A stretch of DNA of 64,000 bases. It comes from Takakia lepidozioides (Eukaryota; Plantae; Bryophyta). The DNA lies in assembly GCA_030704615.1 (NCBI GenBank), contig CM060731.1, forward strand, positions 59,706,001 through 59,770,000, given 5' to 3'. Made by a program: the position numbers and the translations under genes. Shown piece after piece: positions 53,483 through 64,000 of this stretch; within the stretch, counting starts at the first letter, position 1, and each line of letters opens with the position of its first letter. The notes under the pieces are model-generated. The model did no database searches. It worked only from the letters and a program-made list of their open reading frames with translations, and was not told the DNA's origin.

Positions 53483-55190
53483 CGCCTTCTCCTTTCACTT
53501 CTCTAATGTAAAGCAAAAACTGGGACTCGTGTGTCTCCTCCACGGCCCACTCCTTTGCTGATAGAAGGTTTATTCGCCCTCCCACGGATTTGGGCGTTTC
53601 CGACACTCGTAAAACCTCGCCACCATTCCCACATGGCAGCGTGACTACTCTCTTGCGGCCATCTATGACCGCTCCGGATTTGCTCAAAAAGGTCATTCCC
53701 AAAATGAGATCCACTCCATCGATCTCGCAGATAGTGAAGTTCTCACGTCCTTCCCAACTCCCCAGTTGAAGAGGAACATCAAACGCCAACCTTGTCGCCA
53801 ACTGAGGTTCTCCTTTGGCAGAGCGCACCTCAATAGAGGCCCCCACGTCACTTGTCGGGAGTCCCAACTTTCGCGCCGCCGCCGGCGTCATGAAGGAGTG
53901 CGACGCTCCTGTGTCCACCAACAACGACACATTAGTTCCGGATATTATCCCATCCACGAACAATAACTGACTCCCTTTTCGTAAGGCGCCAGTTTCCTGA
54001 TACAACTCACAAGAAAATTTGCCTACCTTGCAAGTCCTGGCGACCACCGCTTCCACCAAGCGACTGATGGTATCTTCCGACAGCTCCGTGGTCGCCCGAG
54101 TCATGTTCAATTGCCGGGGCTTCGTGCACTTCTTGGCCATGTGCCCGGGCTCCCCGCAATTGAAACACACTCCATCAAAGGTCGCCTTCTGTCCGCCATA
54201 AGTCGCTCCACCCGCTTTTCCTTTCGAAGCACCGGGTGCCGCCTTGACGTGTGAAGGACCTCCCTTCGATTTCCACGTGCCATTTTCGCCGCGTGGCCTA
54301 TCCCACTTCTTTTCCGGTCGGGAGGAGTCACCTTCCCGCCGGGTCTTCTTGTGGTTCAGCTCCGTACGGCCTTGTCTCTCACCCCTAGGGACATCCGAGA
54401 AACATTCAGCTCTCTCAATTGCCTCGTTCAAAGTCTTGGGTGGCTTCTCCTCCAACTTCCGCCTAGCCCATGGGGCCAGTCCCGCCACAAAGTTGAAGAC
54501 CATTTCTGGTTCTGCCATGTCCGCGACTTCGAGCAACAGCACATTGAAAGCCTGGACATACCCCCGAATGTCATCTGTTTGCTTCAAATTCCTCATCTTG
54601 TCCCGGGCAAGCCAGGATGCGTTGAGGGGCACAAACTGTCTCTTCATCAATTCCTTGAACTCACTCCAGTTCAAGGTTTCCGGGCTTGGGCCTCGGTCGT
54701 GAAGGCGTTTCTGCCACCATTGTTGAGCATAGCCCCTCAAATAGGTGGGAGCCACTTCCACCCGATCCTCGTCACTCAACTTGGCCGCCCGGAAGTACTG
54801 CTCTAGCTCCAGGAGCCAGGTGTTGAGTGCCTTCCGGTTTCGAACGCCCTCGAAGGTGCCGGGTTCCTTAGGCTTCACCTTAAACTTTGCCTTGGTGGAA
54901 GTGGCATTAGCCGCCTTCAACACGTCTTTCAACGTCCCGCCAAACTGCGCCAACAACCCTTCCCAAAAGGCTGCCGGCATGGGAGGCATCTCTTGGTTTG
55001 TCGGAGCTCTCAAAGATTCCTCGGGCTCCGACTCCTCGGATTCCTCCCGCTCCTGAGCGGCCTCGTTTTCGGAAACATTAATCGCTTCCTCAAACGGCCG
55101 CCTCGGTGACACGTCGCCCCCATCGGGCTCACCGGGGTCATCATCTTTTGGGCCGTTCCGCTTTCGCTTCGGCTTGCCCGACCCCATGAT
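53379..55190 (-). CDS. gag: Chromovirus Gag, zinc knuckle and aspartic protease
   Basis: Retrotrans_gag-like region, [14 protein letters not shown] and LVDTGASH; out of frame with pol near 53480. Confidence 0.93.
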   Translation of the reverse strand: MMGSGKPKRKRNGPKDDDPGEPDGGDVSPRRPFEEAINVSENEAAQEREESEESEPEESLRAPTNQEMPPMPAAFWEGLLAQFGGTLKDVLKAANATSTKAKFKVKPKEPGTFEGVRNRKALNTWLLELEQYFRAAKLSDEDRVEVAPTYLRGYAQQWWQKRLHDRGPSPETLNWSEFKELMKRQFVPLNASWLARDKMRNLKQTDDIRGYVQAFNVLLLEVADMAEPEMVFNFVAGLAPWARRKLEEKPPKTLNEAIERAECFSDVPRGERQGRTELNHKKTRREGDSSRPEKKWDRPRGENGTWKSKGGPSHVKAAPGASKGKAGGATYGGQKATFDGVCFNCGEPGHMAKKCTKPRQLNMTRATTELSEDTISRLVEAVVARTCKVGKFSCELYQETGALRKGSQLLFVDGIISGTNVSLLVDTGASHSFMTPAAARKLGLPTSDVGASIEVRSAKGEPQLATRLAFDVPLQLGSWEGRENFTICEIDGVDLILGMTFLSKSGAVIDGRKRVVTLPCGNGGEVLRVSETPKSVGGRINLLSAKEWAVEETHESQFLLYIREVKGEGDGEPSPRLDQGDFGEIPGCDAGGFTKRLATAKRS

Positions 55191-55242
55191 GAGGCCAATC
55201 CCAAGGACGATCGCGTACTGAACTCTAAGCTCTGATACCAAG

Positions 55243-55965
55243 TGTCGCACACCTCAATTCGGTAAACTCCCCTTCAAGTCATAGTTACTCGCTTTGATGC
55301 GCGCGCCTGACTCCCAACCTGGCCGCCGGGCCAACTTGGAGTTTCGGCTGCTCACCGGGACATAACGGTCCCCTTCGCTTCCCTCTAAACCCTCCACCTA
55401 TTTGGGACTAGGAGAATTCCCTTTGGTAGATGGCAGTCCGGAACAGCTCCCCACTCTTTGGTCGCTTTCCGGCTCGCTCGCTTACTCACTAGTTTTTGGT
55501 CACCAACGGGCTTGCACCGTTCTCGGGGTTACTACTCCCTATATATACTTCTGTAGCTGTCCGCGGGGGTTTCATAACCAGCCATGCCATTTTATGGCGA
55601 ACCACCACGAAAACCCTCGACTCCCGGTGGTGAGTCGCGGTGAGTCTTGGCCCACTCACCGCGGCCCCAATGGACCGTGATGAGTCCCAAGACTCCCCAC
55701 GACTCCCACCTCGAGGTCTCCACCCCATGGTGAGTCCTATGCCACCCCCACTAAGTCCCACTAAGCTACCACCACCCCTTGTGGAGCCACCTCCACCGCA
55801 ACCCGGTGTGCGGGGCTCCACCTAGTGAGCGCCTCCGCCTCCTTGAGTGCCTTGGGCACTCAAGGGTGCTTCAGCCCCCCATACCTATCGCTGCCGCTGC
55901 CCCCACCACAGGGGCAGCCCCTCATGTGTCCCGACCCCCTGCCCTCAAGGCAAAGGGCCGCGACA
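55243..55965 (-). repeat. Chromovirus 5' LTR
   Basis: Adjacent to the Met-tRNA PBS; TG...CA ends. Confidence 0.97.
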
Positions 55966-58679
55966 GGCAGGTTTGGTGGAGCTCTCTGGTAGAGAGTATG
56001 CTTCAGCCACAGTGATGCCAGCCAAGAAGGATGTCTATGACAATTGGATGGAGAGACGTATGTGCGGTGATTACCGGCCTGTAAATCGTCAGACCAAGTC
56101 CGATAAGTATGTCATGCCAACACCAGAGGAGATCTTTGATGCCATCGGGCATGCTAAGGTCTTTAGCACTTTGGATTTACGATCCGGATATCACCAGTTG
56201 CCAATCCAAGGAGACGGACAAGTAGAAGACGACATTATGGGGGATCAATGAGCACGATAAGGATTGCCTATATTAGTGGCGGTTCTTACCATTTGGGCTT
56301 AAGAATGCTCCTGCAGAGTTTCAGAGAGTCATGGATAGGATTCTAGCAGGGGTGGACTTTATTCGGTGCTACATAGATGACATCATCATCCTTAGTGTTA
56401 CGGTGGAGGAGCATGAGAGACACCTTCAGGTGGTATTGGAGCGCTTGAGAGCGCACGGATTGAAGTTGCATCCGGGGAAGTGCAAGTTTTTCCACAACCT
56501 GATTGAGTATCTGGGTCACATGATATATCCTGGAGGATTGGGGGTACAGTAGACTAAGGTAGAGGCCATTGCACAAATTCCACGCCCCACGGATGTGAGC
56601 CGAGTTTAAGCTTTCATGGGGTTGGCAAACTATTATAGACGGTTTGTTAAGGGATTTAGTGCCATTGCAAAGGCTCTAACCAAGCTGACCAAGGTGGACC
56701 AGGAGTGGCAGTGGGAAGATGAGCAGGAATGAGCTTTTCAAGAGCTCAAGGCGAGGTTGACCTCGACGCCTATCCTGAGATGACATATCAGGGGGCGTCC
56801 CTTTCAGCTGCATACGGATTGGAGCATGATGGGGCTTGGAGCATGCTGGGGCTTGGAGCGGTGCTCACACAGGTGGATGATGAGGGAAGAGAGTTCGTAG
56901 TGGCTTATGCTAGCCGCTCGAACAACGCTGCAGAGGCTAAGTACAGCTCGTATGAGGGAGAGTGCCTAGCTGCAGTGTGGGCCGTGGCACACTTCAGGTG
57001 CTATCTATGCGGCAATCTCTTCACCCTTGTCATGGATCACCAACCACTCAAGTGGTTGATGGAGTCAGACAAGCTTACGGGGAAGCTTGCACGGTGGGCA
57101 CTCATACTCCAGGAGTATGACTTTTCAGGTTGTGCATCGACCGGGTTTGGTCAATCGCAATGCAGATGGGTTGAGTCGCAATCCATGCACGAGCCAACAT
57201 GATAACACTGGAGCTCGGTGGCATGGTGAGACGGACGAGGAGATGGTGCCGGGATGGCACGCATCTGCATTTTTGTGTATCTTGGCATCGGGAGGTCAGG
57301 TTGGACCTACAACAGGGATGACTGTAGAAGGAGTGTCTGAGGACCCTGAGGCTAGTGATGAGCCAGGTGGTGCCAGAGATATACATGAGGATTTGGCTGT
57401 GTTGGACTACCTCCGCACGGGAGACACGGCAGCCACTGTGACTGCCAGGGAGAGGGATCGGATCCTGCAACGAGCCAAGAGGTTCAAGTGGGAGGGGATA
57501 CACCTACTTCGAGTGTGGGAGGATGGTCGGGTGAGGATTGTGCCTCACCCCACACAGCGTGCACGGTTAGTGCGGCATGCCCATGAGGAGTTGGGGCATT
57601 TTGGAGTGCGACGCACTCACAGTTTACTGCAAGGGCAGTATTGGTGGCGTGGTATGCATACAGAGGTGCAACAGTTCGTGGCTAGGTGCATGGTGTGTGA
57701 CAGGGTGCGTGCTTCATTCAACGCCCCTACACCACAGTTGCATCCTTTACCAATCATGGGATTGGGCTACAGGTGGAGTCTTGACTTCACAGGACCGTTG
57801 CCACCGACTATGCGCCACCACAGATATGTGTTGGTGATGGTGGAGCACTTCTCCAAGTGGATTGAGTTGGTTCCATTACCTGACAAGGCTAGTGAGGGGG
57901 CTGCGTATGCATTCTTGGATCGTGTGCTTAGCCGATTAGGTGCTCCAGCTGAGGTACTCACGGACCAAGGGAGAGAGTTCTTGGGGGAGTTTCAGGCTTT
58001 TTGTTATAAAGCCTTGATAGACCACCGCACCACTTCTCGGGATCATCCTGAGGCCGATGGCTTGGCAGAGAGAGTTATTCAGACGGTGAAGAGGGGTTTG
58101 CGCAAGTATGGCTTGCAGAAGGGACACCTAGGAGATTGGGATCTTCAGGTTCCTTGGTTAGCCATGGGCTACAGGTTTAGTAAACAAGCATCACTTGCCT
58201 CCTTCTCACCATATTTCCTTCTCTTTGGCCGAGAGCCGGATTTGCCTTCAGCCATTCGTAGGGACACTGCTCAAGTCCTTAACCTTGACGATCCGGACGT
58301 GTGGGTACGTGCATGTGATCAGCGTGCAGAGTTGTTCAAGAAAGTCATGCCCATGGCTTTTGAGAACCTTGCCATTGCACATCACCGTGATACGTTGAGG
58401 TATGCCACTATACGTGGTGGAGGATATCGTCCTGGGGTTCGGAGGTTTAGCCCTGGTGACTATGTTTATTTGCAGCAGACTGCTCGTACGACTCTGGATG
58501 TTACTGCAGGGCGTGTTATTCTGAGGGTTCAAGAGGTGGGACCCTCAGGGGTCCTGATCTTGGAGGGTTAGGATGGCATGACTTGGAAGGACCATGTGCG
58601 TAATTGTGCGCCATGTCACCTTCCCAATGTCGATGGCAGAGTTAACCCAAACTTGGCAGTGGTACCTGCAGGTTTGAGG

Positions 58680-58814
58680 TGCATGCTCTGTGGGTCTGCC
58701 AAAGGGGCAGCCACCATGCTGGTGTGTGATCGATGCTCAAGGGGTTGGCATATGGGATGCTTGACACCACCTCTTGAGAAGGTTCCTGACGGAGATTGGT
58801 TGTGTCCACACTGC
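58680..58814 (+). other. PHD finger at the integrase C-terminus
   Basis: CMLC...MLVCDRCSRGWHMGCLTPPLEKVPDGDWLCPHC matches the C4HC3 pattern; in frame with integrase across one stop (58569-58571). Confidence 0.92.
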
Positions 58815-59081
58815 TTGGGATAGTGGCAGTGGACATGACTGGAGGCAGCTAACAAGACATGGGAGGCCAAGCTCATAGGAGTCAATACATGAGATCCCAA
58901 GCTCAAGTTCACAGGTTGCAAGATGGCGACTAACGATGGGGCAACTCTTGCACCCGGCCTCTTGATCTATCGAGTTTGAGTGTAGTAGGGATAATGGTGG
59001 AGGACTTAGTGAGGCTATGGTCACTATCACATCTTGTGGCTACCTGGACTTAGAGGGACCTAAGCACCAGCTAGGGGGGCG

Positions 59082-59779
59082 ATTGTGTGGACTAGAAACT
59101 GCCATAGTGGGAAGCATAGTGGCAGCCTAGTGACTGACTAGTTGTAGCCTAGTGGTTGGACTAGTGGCTGGACTAGTGATATACTAGTGTGTGGCGTGCA
59201 CATGTGTTGTGTGGTTTTGGACAGTGATGTAGTTGTGTAGCGATATGTATGCACACGACAGCTGTCAAGTTATTTTACCACTAGTGTGAAACAAGCTAGG
59301 AAATAGCTAGCTTTTACATATTGACATTTGGGATTGGCCCAAGTGTCAATCGAGGGGTCAAGGCAAATTTAGGCCCTGGAGTGGTTATCTTCACGGCAAG
59401 CGCGGGAGGCTCATCTTTCTCGAGTTGAGCCTCACCGCGCCTAGCTATGGCGCCGTAGTGTGGATTCCCCATGGCGTGGGGTGCACTTGGCTTGACTTGT
59501 ATTTGAGTGATGAGGTTATGTATGCATGAGTTTATGCTTCAGCTTTGTGAGCTCGCATGAGCTTGTGCTTGTATTCTTCTTCTTTATCCATTGTGTGGAC
59601 TAGTGACTGCCATATTGGGCAGCATAGTGGCAGCCTAGTGACTGACTAGTTGTAGCCTAGTGGTTGGACTAGTGGTTGGACTAGTGGTGGACTAGTGATA
59701 TACTAGTGTGTGGCGTGCTCATGTGTTGTGTGGTTTTGGACAGCGATGTAGTTGTGTAGCGATATGTATGCGCACGACA
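59082..59779 (+). repeat. 3' terminal repeats X1 (59082-59260), GC, Y2 (59263-59588), X2 (59590-59779)
   Basis: attgtgtggactag...gtatgc(a/g)cacgaca occurs twice, flanking Y2; the X1/Y2 junction is the palindrome GACAGCTGTC (59257-59266). Confidence 0.93.
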
Positions 59780-59816
59780 AATTGTAACTGATGTGATTCT
59801 GGATAATGCCCTCGTG

Positions 59817-62800
59817 CAACGACGCAATGGCGTGAGCGCGCGAGCGTACGCTCACGCCAGCTGATGTGGCGTGAGCCTGCACCCACGCTGACGTGGCGTG
59901 AGCGTCATGTCAGCATGCTGATGTGGTGGCAAATGATGACGTGGCACTGTCCGTCATCTGCCACGTCAGCATTAACATGCGCCGCCTATAACCGAGGATG
60001 GTCCTATGACCGTGGAATTAATGCAGGGAATCTTGCCTAAATAGAATCAAGATTTCCATGAGGCCTACAATTGTAGCATCCAACATTGTGCAATTACAAA
60101 TGCTTGTTTCACTTTTACAATTACGAGGACGAGAAAATATCCTCACAAAGTGTGCGCCATAGAGGCTGCCACGGGAAGACCTTCATCCCTCCTCAAATAA
60201 CAATGAGAGTTAGGATCATCTTCAAAAGATGATTGTAGTGCATAGCGACAGCAAAACATGTAGACTTCGAACGGTACAATGACAAATGTGCTTTTAAAAG
60301 TTGCCACTCAGAGCTCACTCCGTATAGTTGGAGGCCATATCATTGCACCGCCGACGAATTGATGTGAATTACACATTTCAAATCATGGTCGTCCACATAC
60401 CACATTGCATAGTTGATGCTACCCATGTGTTGTATCCCGCTGCAATAGAGTATCGACCTCGTTGAAACTCATAGTGGCCTGGTGAATGAAGTTGTCACGT
60501 TTGGGATCGCAAACCATCCTCTTCAAAAATACGAAATACAAATGTTTGCAGGGTATGAATTTACCTCTCTTGCCCAAACTGGCTGATAGCATATTCACAA
60601 AATCAGGACATGTGCAATTGGGGAAATTGGAAACCGTGATGTCGTAGGTCCTGTCATGAACAGCAGATGTGGAAGTGATGATTGTGAATACCCGACCATA
60701 TCCTGGATCGGGTACTTCCGTGGTGCTTCCAACACGAGCTTGGAGCATTCTTGCGGACTCCACTTTGCCAAGTGTTCAGCGGTTGGAGGGAAACGCCAAA
60801 CGAGCTTTCCATCTCGTTTGGTTGGCCACAAGTCTGGATTTGACGGGGGGACCCGGGAGGACGCAGAAGTAGTAGCACATGCATGGAGTTGGGGTTGTCT
60901 CGCAAGGGAAAAGCCTGCCTCCTCCAGCATTTCAATCTCCTGAAATCTGAGATGTGTTCCCACCTTCACGGGCCAAACGGTTGGAGGAGATGGCTTCATC
61001 ACTACGGAAGGACGCACAGTTCCATGCACACATCTGGCACAATCATCTGCACAGAACCAGAACTTGTGGTTCTTGGCTTCTGGTTGACCATATGGACGCA
61101 TCAAACCCGTGAAAGTCGGAGCAGGAGTTTGGGCACCACCTCTGGATATAGATGAAGTGCACTTCTCGAAATTAGTTGCCCTGATCGCTGTACATTTCAC
61201 ATGAGACCCTACACTTGTGCGTTCTATGTGCCAAACGTGGTCGGGGCATGCGGACTCAAGCACATCAAGGGGGTTGTTTCTCTCCTGCACCATTTCAGTG
61301 GCACTGTTTGATGCTGGAGCTTGCCGTCGTGTTGGAGGTTCCTCTTCAATGGAGGTTCCGGACATGGAGCTGTCATGCAGGGGGACACGAGGCTTCGAGA
61401 AGTTATCACGGTTTGCCCTGTGCGAATCGGAATCCGAACCAGGTGGAGTGTTCAATTTCCTCTTACAGGAGCCGAATCTCTCCTCCCCTTCAAGATGTGG
61501 AACTCTAGAAACAAGTGGCGTTCCCTGGGCATACATGCTCACCGCCCGTGCTATCTTGATTGGATCCCCAGATCTGTTTGCAGCACGCAACATCAACTCC
61601 CATTTGTCCGGACCCTTGCCACCAACCCCACCTTGCAAGAAATCACGGTATCGGGTTTGTTGTTGCAAGGCACGTATCAAATCATCTGTTGTTGCCACAT
61701 ACAAATCCCGACCTCGTTTCCCAGACTGCTGCAACCATGTGTTGTGCACAGTTTCTGCTAAATTGCAAGATGGCATGTCCGCCATTTCCTCAATGGACAT
61801 GTTCTGCAAAGTGGAGAACCACACTTCAAAACAGTGAACAGAAAACAACATAAAGAAAGCGAGGACACAATAAAATGGAAAGTAAATGTATGAATAAAGC
61901 AAGAAATATAAGCCTCGTACCACTGGCATGGCTGCTCCCCACTGTCTATACCGGAAGTGCCAAAACGCCAGCCAATCTTCCAATGCTCTCATACTCTCAA
62001 GTGATGCAGCTCCAGAAGAGAACCACCAAGCACGAATTGTCTGGAACAAAGTGTCCGCCTCCTTCATTGTTCTAGCATCTTTGTACTCTTTGCACAATTT
62101 ACGGTGCTGAGTCTGCATCTCTGGTTTGATGTCCGACTTTGTATGTTTTTCCAGAGATTGTGTCCAATGGAATAGACATGTACGCTCTCTTCCTTGCATT
62201 GGCACTTTTGGGTCGCCCGATCCGAAGACAATACGAACAGCATTGAAATTTGCTTGAGCACTATCCGCCATGAAACCTGCAAAATTTGGAGATGGCAGCC
62301 CATGACACGTATCAGGGAATTCCACATGAGCTTCTGGGATTCCGTATCCTCGGATTGCATGTCACAAACTGCAATTGTCATAACTCGTTGGTACACTGGA
62401 TCGTAGACATGACAAGCCATTGTCGTCCAATCCTTCACTCGTTTCACATGATCAAACATAAGAAAACAGTTCTGCAAGTCCCCAGTCTTCTGCATCCGCT
62501 TCACGAGGCTAACCCCACTGCCCTCCCCAACAGTCGACATTTTGAAAAGAAAAACTTTGATGGCACCTTGACCTGGGAATACATTGTCTTGGATGTAATC
62601 GTACTTGCTCACTCGTTTCAACTCCAAAATGTTGTCTATGTAGCCTCTGATACCAGAGCCCATTCTTAATGCATTGATCTGATGCCGAATGTTAGGTGAA
62701 CTCAAAGTGGAGAAATGATCCATGACCAGGTCCAATGCTGCACCGTCAAGTTTAGTCCCCACAGAATCCCCTTCACTCAAAATATGGCTTTCCAAGAAGG

Positions 62801-64000
62801 ACTTGCTTGCGCCAAGAGCAATTGCAGATGTTGTTGCGGATGGGTTTCTCCCGAACTCCTGTTTAATCAACCTCGATACTGTCTCAACACTCTCCCTGTA
62901 ATCCCCCTTCAAGATAGGATGGTTATGGAATCCGAAATGCACACAAGCTCTTGTCATTGTTTTCAAACGGTGGACAACATAGTATATTTTTGCTCCGCAG
63001 AGCGCCAAGCAAGATGGTACAAGTTTGCAGAATTTGCAGATGAAAGTGTTTGCCGGTGGTGGGGCAGTTCCAGGCTGAAATGGATTTTCCGCCAGACCCT
63101 CCCATTCGCTTTGATTATGAACCCCAGACTGAAGAAAGTGTCTGCAATTCAAATTATCACACCTAAGGTGTCCATTGCAAACTGTTCTCCTGAAAACAAG
63201 CTTGTCATCATTCTGAATATTGGATGTTTTTGTTCTGCACCACGGGTGCCCGTCGTGTTTCTTGTCCATTCCATGCATCATGATTGTTACACCTCCAACT
63301 CGCGGAGGAGGAGGCAGCTCGAACAGGATATCGCCATAAAAAATCTTTGGCAAGAACTTCACAGGCACCTGCTTCAAAGATTCCCAATCAATTCCTCGCA
63401 ACTCACTTTTGAATCCAGCCATTCCTCCCATCGCCCGTAATTTTGGAATGACACTACAAATCTCTTCTTCATCAGCTTCTCCAACCACAGTAGGAAGGAC
63501 TGGATTTGGAATTTCACTTATGTCATCATCGGACGAATCCGAAAGCTCAACGATTGGAGTGGAGGACGTCTGTTCTATTTTCACCACCACCTCCCTCTTG
63601 TCTTCAACGACCGAAGCAGCAGTCTCGGGCGTCACATATGACCCAAGGGACTTTCGCCGAGACTCTCCAAGTACTCTGTATCGACCAGGGCGCACTCTCC
63701 ACTAGCTGACATGAGCTGTCTCATCACGGTTTTGGAAAGAGTATTTCAACAACTTCCCTTTCAAATCGTACACCTCTTTCTCCAAAAAGATGGAGCCATT
63801 CTGAAGCTGAAAACGGGTAGCCAAGACATGTTCTAGAACAATTGCAAATCCATTGTCAAGGACTTCCTGGGAGAACGGCACTGGCTTGTCGCCAGAGAAG
63901 AACTCCGCTTCAGAGGAAACCATCTTCCTTCCCCGCGTACGTTAATACCTTGCTATCGCAGACCTTCAGTGTAAATCGGTTTACTGATGTCTCCAGAACA
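59817..64000 (-). mobile_element. Third MULE-like element (transposase end); runs off the window
   Basis: Terminus CAACGACGCAATGGCGTGAGC matches the reverse complement of the 38566 end (CAGCGTAGCTACGGCGTGAGC) at 16 of 21 positions; GTGAGC and TGACGTGGC subterminal repeats follow. Confidence 0.8.
60419..63923 (-). pseudogene. MULE-type transposase with GCM/WRKY-like DBD and C-terminal SWIM; few lesions, probable intron ~61805-61920
   Basis: DGHPW...CNGHLRC...CVHFGFHNHP; LMFDH (D1), FMADS (D2), CLFHW, CNLAETVH (E); CTCPDF...CKH. One stop at 63702 and about two frameshifts. Confidence 0.88.

Larger units (their letters stand above)
48995..55965 (-). mobile_element. Young full-length chromovirus (Ty3/Gypsy)
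   Basis: 723-bp LTRs at 48995-49717 and 55243-55965 (TG...CA), TSD GGCAG (48990-48994, 55966-55970), tRNA-iMet PBS TGGTATCAGAGC (55240-55229) and PPT next to 49718. Confidence 0.97.
48800..58571 (+). pseudogene. RT, RNase H and integrase of the DNMT-Gypsy element, split by the chromovirus insertion (48995-55965)
   Basis: PIFRRPYRYS...DLWEA|GLVELS...[39 protein letters not shown]...CMVC, LDF...TDQG...AER. Confidence 0.9.
45188..59779 (+). mobile_element. Ty3/Gypsy retrotransposon carrying a C5-DNA methyltransferase and a PHD finger, with permuted terminal repeats; degenerate
   Basis: Ends TGTC...GACA with TSD AATT (45184-45187, 59780-59783). Domain order is PR-like, DNMT, RT, RH, IN, PHD. 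PPT AGGGGGG lies at 59073-59079. Confidence 0.9.

Noticed and set aside
50723-55056. Plus-strand ORFs within the chromovirus (likewise those opposite the transposases)
   Set aside because: These are antisense shadows of real coding frames, with no recognisable motifs.
45188-59779. DIRS/PAT/Ngaro tyrosine-recombinase element, suggested by the split direct repeats
   Set aside because: It encodes an HHCC-DDE integrase and has TG...CA ends and a TSD; I see no tyrosine-recombinase motifs.

Overview
Eukaryotic nuclear DNA from a land plant, probably a non-seed plant (spliceosomal introns, PLS-type PPR fragments; the taxon is an inference). One host gene is present, a six-exon receptor-like cytoplasmic (pseudo)kinase at 1.8-5.2 kb on the minus strand. 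From about 8 kb onward the window is nested and rearranged mobile DNA. Two systems stand out. (1) A Mutator-like DNA transposon family with a GCM/WRKY-type DNA-binding domain, MULE DDE and SWIM, CAG...CTG ends and an 8-bp TSD. It carries an intron-containing cargo gene with a ParB-like domain fused to a beta-class (N6A/N4C-type) DNA methyltransferase fold. Each of the two subfamilies carrying this cargo has its own array of palindromic motifs. One complete 11-kb copy lies at 27566-38566, with several partial copies elsewhere. (2) A Ty3/Gypsy retrotransposon (45188-59779) with a C5-cytosine methyltransferase upstream of RT and a PHD finger after integrase. It has a self-complementary primer-binding site, and its terminal repeats are circularly permuted (Y...X-Y-X), as if a 2-LTR circle integrated through an internal GACA|GC|TGTC palindrome. 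A very young chromovirus is nested in its RT. Also present are a 125-bp satellite derived from a PPR gene, OSB/PPR/LINE fragment mosaics and multi-kb inverted duplications. All calls come from reading the sequence by eye; no database searches were run.
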